A stretch of DNA of 63,703 nt, the filler included, from Lenisia limosa (taxonomy: Eukaryota; Protista; Breviatea), in NCBI GenBank assembly GCA_001655205.1. It is 9 parts of 9 records of this genome, joined end to end, with 100 filler letters (N's around TTAATTAATTAA, not from the genome) between each part and the next. Parts side by side here need not be neighbours in the genome. Positions count along the whole stretch, not along the records: positions 54,571 to 59,244 come from LPNZ01005031.1; positions 59,345 to 60,463 come from LPNZ01001824.1; positions 60,564 to 62,292 come from LPNZ01000111.1; positions 62,393 to 63,703 come from LPNZ01000631.1; 5 more parts are not named here. One strand, 5' to 3'. The translations under genes and the position numbers were made by a program. The notes below the pieces were generated by a model. That model was not told where the DNA came from. It did not search any database and was given only the letters and a program-made list of their open reading frames with translations. Shown here piece by piece: positions 58,657-63,703 of this stretch (its first letter is position 1; the number at the start of each line of letters is the position of its first letter).

Positions 58657-59644
58657 TGTCTGATGTTCTTGTCATTGACATTTCTCTAATATCTTTTATT
58701 TTAGATCTAATAGTAGATAAGAAATAAAACAATATGTTTAGGTACCATCCTATTTAGTACAAATACTGTGATATACATATATTAAGGTGGTTCTTTTTGA
58801 TTTTGGAAAATAATAGAAGTGTGGAAAGTAATAAAATCTTCTGGATAATTCCGCAGGGTAGTTTTTCGTAAATAATTTTGGTTAAAAAATCACCAAAATC
58901 TGATCCAAGAGAAATCCTAACACTTCAAGGTTGTTCTTTCTCTCTCTGTTTAGGCTATATATCTCAGTAATGTGATGGTGAAAGATATTACCTTAACGGG
59001 AACGCAAATGAACCAACCATAGATATATCACCATACTATAAACAGAAAAAAAAAAACATGGATAAAAATATGAAACAAAACATAAACTGGGAATACCTTA
59101 GACTTCCTTATTGGGGGTTTCTTCCTAAAATTGTGAGACCTGTTGTACAGTCTGTTAGGATAACACTTCTACCCCCCACACACAAACAGAGTAACCCGTA
59201 TAGATATAATCCTCCCCCCCCCCTGATTATACAATATATGTATANNNNNNNNNNNNNNNNNNNNNNNNNNNNNNNNNNNNNNNNNNNNTTAATTAATTAA
59301 NNNNNNNNNNNNNNNNNNNNNNNNNNNNNNNNNNNNNNNNNNNNCAGGTAGGTATCATAATAGACAAAGTTAAGGAGATGCGTCTACTGAGGCAGAAGAT
59401 GACTTCTACAAGATTGAAAATAACATCGAATCCTGGAGTGGCGGAATTATACCTCCCGCCAGTTTATTGTTTTAGAGAAGGTGCGCCCCTATGACCCTTC
59501 CTTAATACAAGAGAATACGCTTTTCAAATTCCTTCATAGAATTTTGAAATGCAGCATCTTATTATCTCACGAGGTGTTTAGGGTGTTGCTATTTTAATAT
59601 TTTATTGTTTTTTGTTTAGCTTTTAATTTAAGGACACGTGGAAA

Positions 59645-60025
59645 ATTCCAATGTCAACGTATTATTTGATGCACTGAAGGAAGAATGGGAGGCTATTCCC
59701 CAGTCTGATTCAAAATTTAATTTCGTCAATGCCAAGAAGATGCCAAGCTGTAATTGACAATGGCTGTCTATTTACTAAGTATTAATGCATTTTATTCAAT
59801 TACAAGTAAAAACATAGAAAACACGAACAATTACCCATAAACCGTTTTGGGGGTTTTCACTTTTTTTCAGTAATTTTGACTGTTAACCACATATTTTTGA
59901 AAAACACCGGACATCATTCTGAGACTCATAAGTTTCATGCAAAAAAATAAATAAAAAAACGACCAAAATGTCGAAAAGTTAGGGCCAAAACACTTTGTCT
60001 TTATACTTTTGCCCGCCAATGCATG
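59645..60025 (+). mobile_element. Tc1-like transposon 3' remnant (frameshifted transposase C-terminus)
   Basis: NVNVLFDALKEEWEAIPQS-(frameshift ~59707)-IQNLISSMPRRCQAVIDNGCLFTKY* (TAA 59783-59785) matches the Tc1 terminus L..EW..IP.....LI.SMPRRC.AVI...G..TKY. A possible TIR-like end lies near 60000-60020. Confidence 0.8.
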
Positions 60026-60899
60026 GATGACCACCCCACGCCAAGTATTTTTTTTATGTGTACAAGTGACAAGTGATATGGAGTTAAATGTGAATTTGGA
60101 AGTGCTGACAGATTTACCAGATCTGATATTCAGTTTGAACTCGATGGTCATTCACTAGTAGATTAATAATCACTGAAACGTAACTTAAAATTAAAGACAC
60201 GGGTCTGTGAAATTCGGTGGTCACCGGAATTTCTCCGAAAACTTGTTAAATTTTAAGTTAATTTTTAGTATCCCACTTCCTGTGTAATTTCATGTCCACA
60301 CGTGAACGTGTTATATCCGCGCTTCAACGATAACTCACTTTTGTAATAATACACCAAAACTTTAGGTTTTGTAACCAGTAGTTTTTTTCTCATAGTCTAT
60401 GACAGGATCTTCAAGTTCAAGGTCACGAAATAGAAGGAATTCAGCCACAGTGCCTGCTGTTTTNNNNNNNNNNNNNNNNNNNNNNNNNNNNNNNNNNNNN
60501 NNNNNNNTTAATTAATTAANNNNNNNNNNNNNNNNNNNNNNNNNNNNNNNNNNNNNNNNNNNNTTTTTTTTTTTTTTTGACTGATATCAACATTTTGTAC
60601 TGTTTTAAATATTGACTTATTCCTAATGAATATTCCTATTCACAAGACAGATCAATCAATAAATGAGAAGGGAACAAATGCTTGCTTCCATGACTTCATC
60701 TCCATCTCAAACGCGAATACATTTTTATCCTGTAATTGTCTCCCAGTTCCTTTTTCAGAATTTATATATTATCAGGAAAGAGTTACGCTTCAATGAAATT
60801 ATTCTTGTCTAAAAAATGCAGGTCAGAAAAAAAAACAATACTAACCTCCCTACACTGGAAAGGCAAATACCAAGCAATAGAAAATAATAAAAATCTAAA

Positions 60900-61570
60900 G
60901 ACCAATTAAAACGGAGTTTCCCTACAATGGAAATTGTTCGCTCAATCTCAAATTCATGAAGCACAGCACCATGTTTTTGAATCAATTGGCTTATCACAAA
61001 ATTGAAACTGTGAAGAGATAATGACAGCCTAGAAAATGATTTACAGTAAGCGAACATACGGGGTCCAGACTTCATGCATATTATACACTGGAAGAGATAC
61101 TAAAGCACCCGCCTCAATAAGAAAACGTGTCGACTCAATGTGCCCATTACCAGCTGCCTCGTGAAGTGCTGAAACGTTCCAGATCCGATTTGTGGGCTAT
61201 AAAGTCAGTCTCAAACTATCAGCTTGCCCCCCCCCCAGCAAACAATAAGGTGGGTATCTGCACCAAGAGATAAAAGAGTTTTCAGAGCCTAAGTTATAAA
61301 AAGACAAAAAAAACCAACAAGAGTTTTGCCAGTATTTGCTGATATGGATAATGCTGTACTCCCTTCAAGGTTACTATGTGAAATATATGCTCCATGAAGT
61401 ACCAGCGTTCTTAAAAATAAGTGAGAGTAACATTGACTAACTCAATAATAGCTATTTGATCATTTTGGGACGCCACAGCAAGCACAGACCATCCATTATT
61501 TCGGTAGCTTTCAGTATCTGCACCATGCTCTAATAAGATCTTCACCACTGCCAAGTGTCCTGACAACATA
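60900..61570 (-). CDS. Ankyrin-repeat protein exons (fragment)
   Basis: GHLAVVKILLEHGADTESYRNNGWSVLAVASQNDQIAIIE; LVLHGAYISHSNLEGSTALSISANTG; SALHEAAGNGHIESTRFLIEAGA. Confidence 0.8.
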
Positions 61571-62869
61571 TCACATGTTAAGATCATAAACATATTTTAG
61601 TATGTGTATCATATCAATATAGCTAAATAACTCAATATTCCCGAGGAAACAGCGTTGAAGGAATATGCCAATCATAACTTTGTTATATTTTATTTACTGA
61701 AATTATCAAATATACTACGAGCCTGGAAATTTAACACAATTTCCCATTTCATCAATACTTAGTACTCCTTTCAGTTTTATTTGATAAATTCAATGGGTTT
61801 TCACATTTTTAGAGGGCTGTTCTAACAAGAACAACGAAAAATCTGATTAAATCGGAATAAAGGCTCTTTGAATTCGAACCTGAAGTCCATTTCTGGAGAC
61901 TTTTTTTTGCAGTTTTAATATGAACACGGTCTAAAATAAGGTTTTTAATTGTTTAATAAAAAATCGCCAACTGATTGTAGGAATTTTCCTTTGTTTTTCC
62001 GTCTAAGGCCTATTCGGAACAGTAATTTTTATCAAGCATTGATTTTTTCTGAAACCTGCGCGTAAAAGAAAGATTGTTATCAAATCTCGAATTTTCGATA
62101 CCCGCATCCTCGCATACCCTTGCCGCTCTTGAGCCCCTTAATGGCCGCCTGGGCACTCTTGCCAATTGACCTGGCGCCTTGGAGGAAACAGAGACCTTAT
62201 GCACCAGTGTATATCATCTATACATATATATATATATCATATACATATAGTATATCATGTACATATAGTATATCATATACATATAGTATATCNNNNNNNN
62301 NNNNNNNNNNNNNNNNNNNNNNNNNNNNNNNNNNNNTTAATTAATTAANNNNNNNNNNNNNNNNNNNNNNNNNNNNNNNNNNNNNNNNNNNNAAGCCTAT
62401 CAAACGAACACGCGATCAATTCACATATGGTAGCCACAATAAATGAAAATGTCTCGACTATCTCTTCCACTGTCAGGGGGGAGGACTAGAAGTGTCAAGA
62501 GAAAGAGGATCCCTGATATCAGAATGATCTCTATGATCCTAGTTTCAAGACTTTTTAAAAAGATTATGACGAAATTCTGATTAACGTGAATATCACTATA
62601 CCAAGATTATGTTGATCAAATGGTTTAGATGTACGGATTGTACTTTGATAGCCAAAATAAAAGCAGATCAAAAAAGAAGTATCTTGGTGAAATCGTCTTC
62701 CCAAATGCAACTTTTAATTAACCAAGATAAGAACTTCTTCATGTAGTAATACAAAAATATGACACGTGGAGAATAAAAGAGGTAAAACAAAAAAACGGGT
62801 TGAATTATAAACGTCACCAAGAGAATCCAAAACCATCACATTGAAATGCAAGTAGCAAATAAACTGAGG

Positions 62870-63400
62870 ATAATGTGCCTCTATAACGCTCTAATAAGGG
62901 ATTCTTTTGCCAGTATACCGAGACGTCAAGGTAGAACGACGGGGTAGAAGGTGATACGTTCCAACGCTGGGGAATTATCGGGGAAGGTGCCTTGTTTTGA
63001 CACTTACATGTTCATTGCAGACGAATGGCGGATAAGAAGGAGCATCAGGCTGAGTTGATGACGGCATGACTCCTCTCCAATTCGTTCGTCCCTTCTTATG
63101 CTGCCTGCTGCTGATTTCAGGATTTCAGGCTGATTTATATATATATACAATTAATTATTTTTGATTTACCATGTAAACTAAGACAAAAAAAGATTTTTAT
63201 TTCTTTCTTGGGGGGTTGATCCGGTGTCATTTTTGGCATTGGGTTATGGTCATGGGTTTGGGTCACACGTCACTCGGGTCACTCTGTCAGTTTGCTGTCC
63301 AGAGTCGTAATAAATGGTTGGTTGTGGCGAATGAGCAGTGGATGATTAGAATTTCTTGCAACCTTGCAATCAATCTGAATTGTGAACAACTTAACTGTTT
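62870..63400 (-). CDS. Possible exons of an unidentified gene
   Basis: AG/GT-bounded open segments on minus (63015-63115, 62885-62990); frame and identity unresolved. Confidence 0.2.
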
Positions 63401-63703
63401 TCTGTCACTTGGGTTGCTTGTTAGTTTTTGTCGAAATCAATCAACCAAAAGGACACTAAATGTCACTTTGATTCGAAGTTCCAACGTTTATGACTACACG
63501 AGTAATATATGTCAGAAGTGCTATTGAACAATTGAAGTCAACCGCCGGATCTCTATATTCTAAGTTTGAATAAAGACACTTAATTACAACAAAATGTCCA
63601 CACTATCTGTGGGTGATACGGATTATTTTGAGGGAATAGCCGAGTAGACATGACTTTTTGTTGTTCCAAGTGCCACTTCAGGCTAGCTAGTGTGGTCAGG
63701 GGA

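Noticed and set aside
13161-62348. Regularly recurring TTAATTAATTAA palindrome
   Set aside because: Always embedded in N runs; a six-frame-stop linker added when contigs were concatenated. Adjacency across these linkers is not evidence of linkage.

Overview
Fragmented draft assembly of an intron-rich unicellular-type eukaryote (short GT-AG introns, many N gaps, eight artificial N-TTAATTAATTAA-N contig linkers). The organism cannot be named from sequence alone, but axonemal-type genes suggest it is flagellated. The supplied ORF track is mostly uninformative, so genes were rebuilt by hand from exon translations; exon boundaries are approximate unless stated. Main content: SLC38A9-like amino-acid transporter (226-3190, -); a very large EGF + Cys-repeat + multi-TM membrane protein (3563->13116, +); a bystin C-terminal fragment; a ~17 kb HELZ2-like gene with Zn-finger / SF1 helicase / RNB exoribonuclease / SF1 helicase architecture (21762-38553, +) carrying one in-frame TAA at the conserved Gln after the first DEAA motif; a QRICH2/DUF4795-like coiled-coil gene; the C-terminal half of a divergent dynein heavy chain (-); a protein of tandem six-cysteine modules; a secreted beta-rich protein; a Tc1 transposase remnant; ankyrin-repeat exons. 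Introns hold three short interspersed families (hAT-type MITE with 8-bp TSD, Tc1/mariner-type MITE with TA TSD, a non-TIR repeat with a C(TTCG)G hairpin) and many tandem duplications that copy splice junctions. The best candidate for an undescribed system is the non-animal HELZ2-like helicase-RNase-helicase gene.
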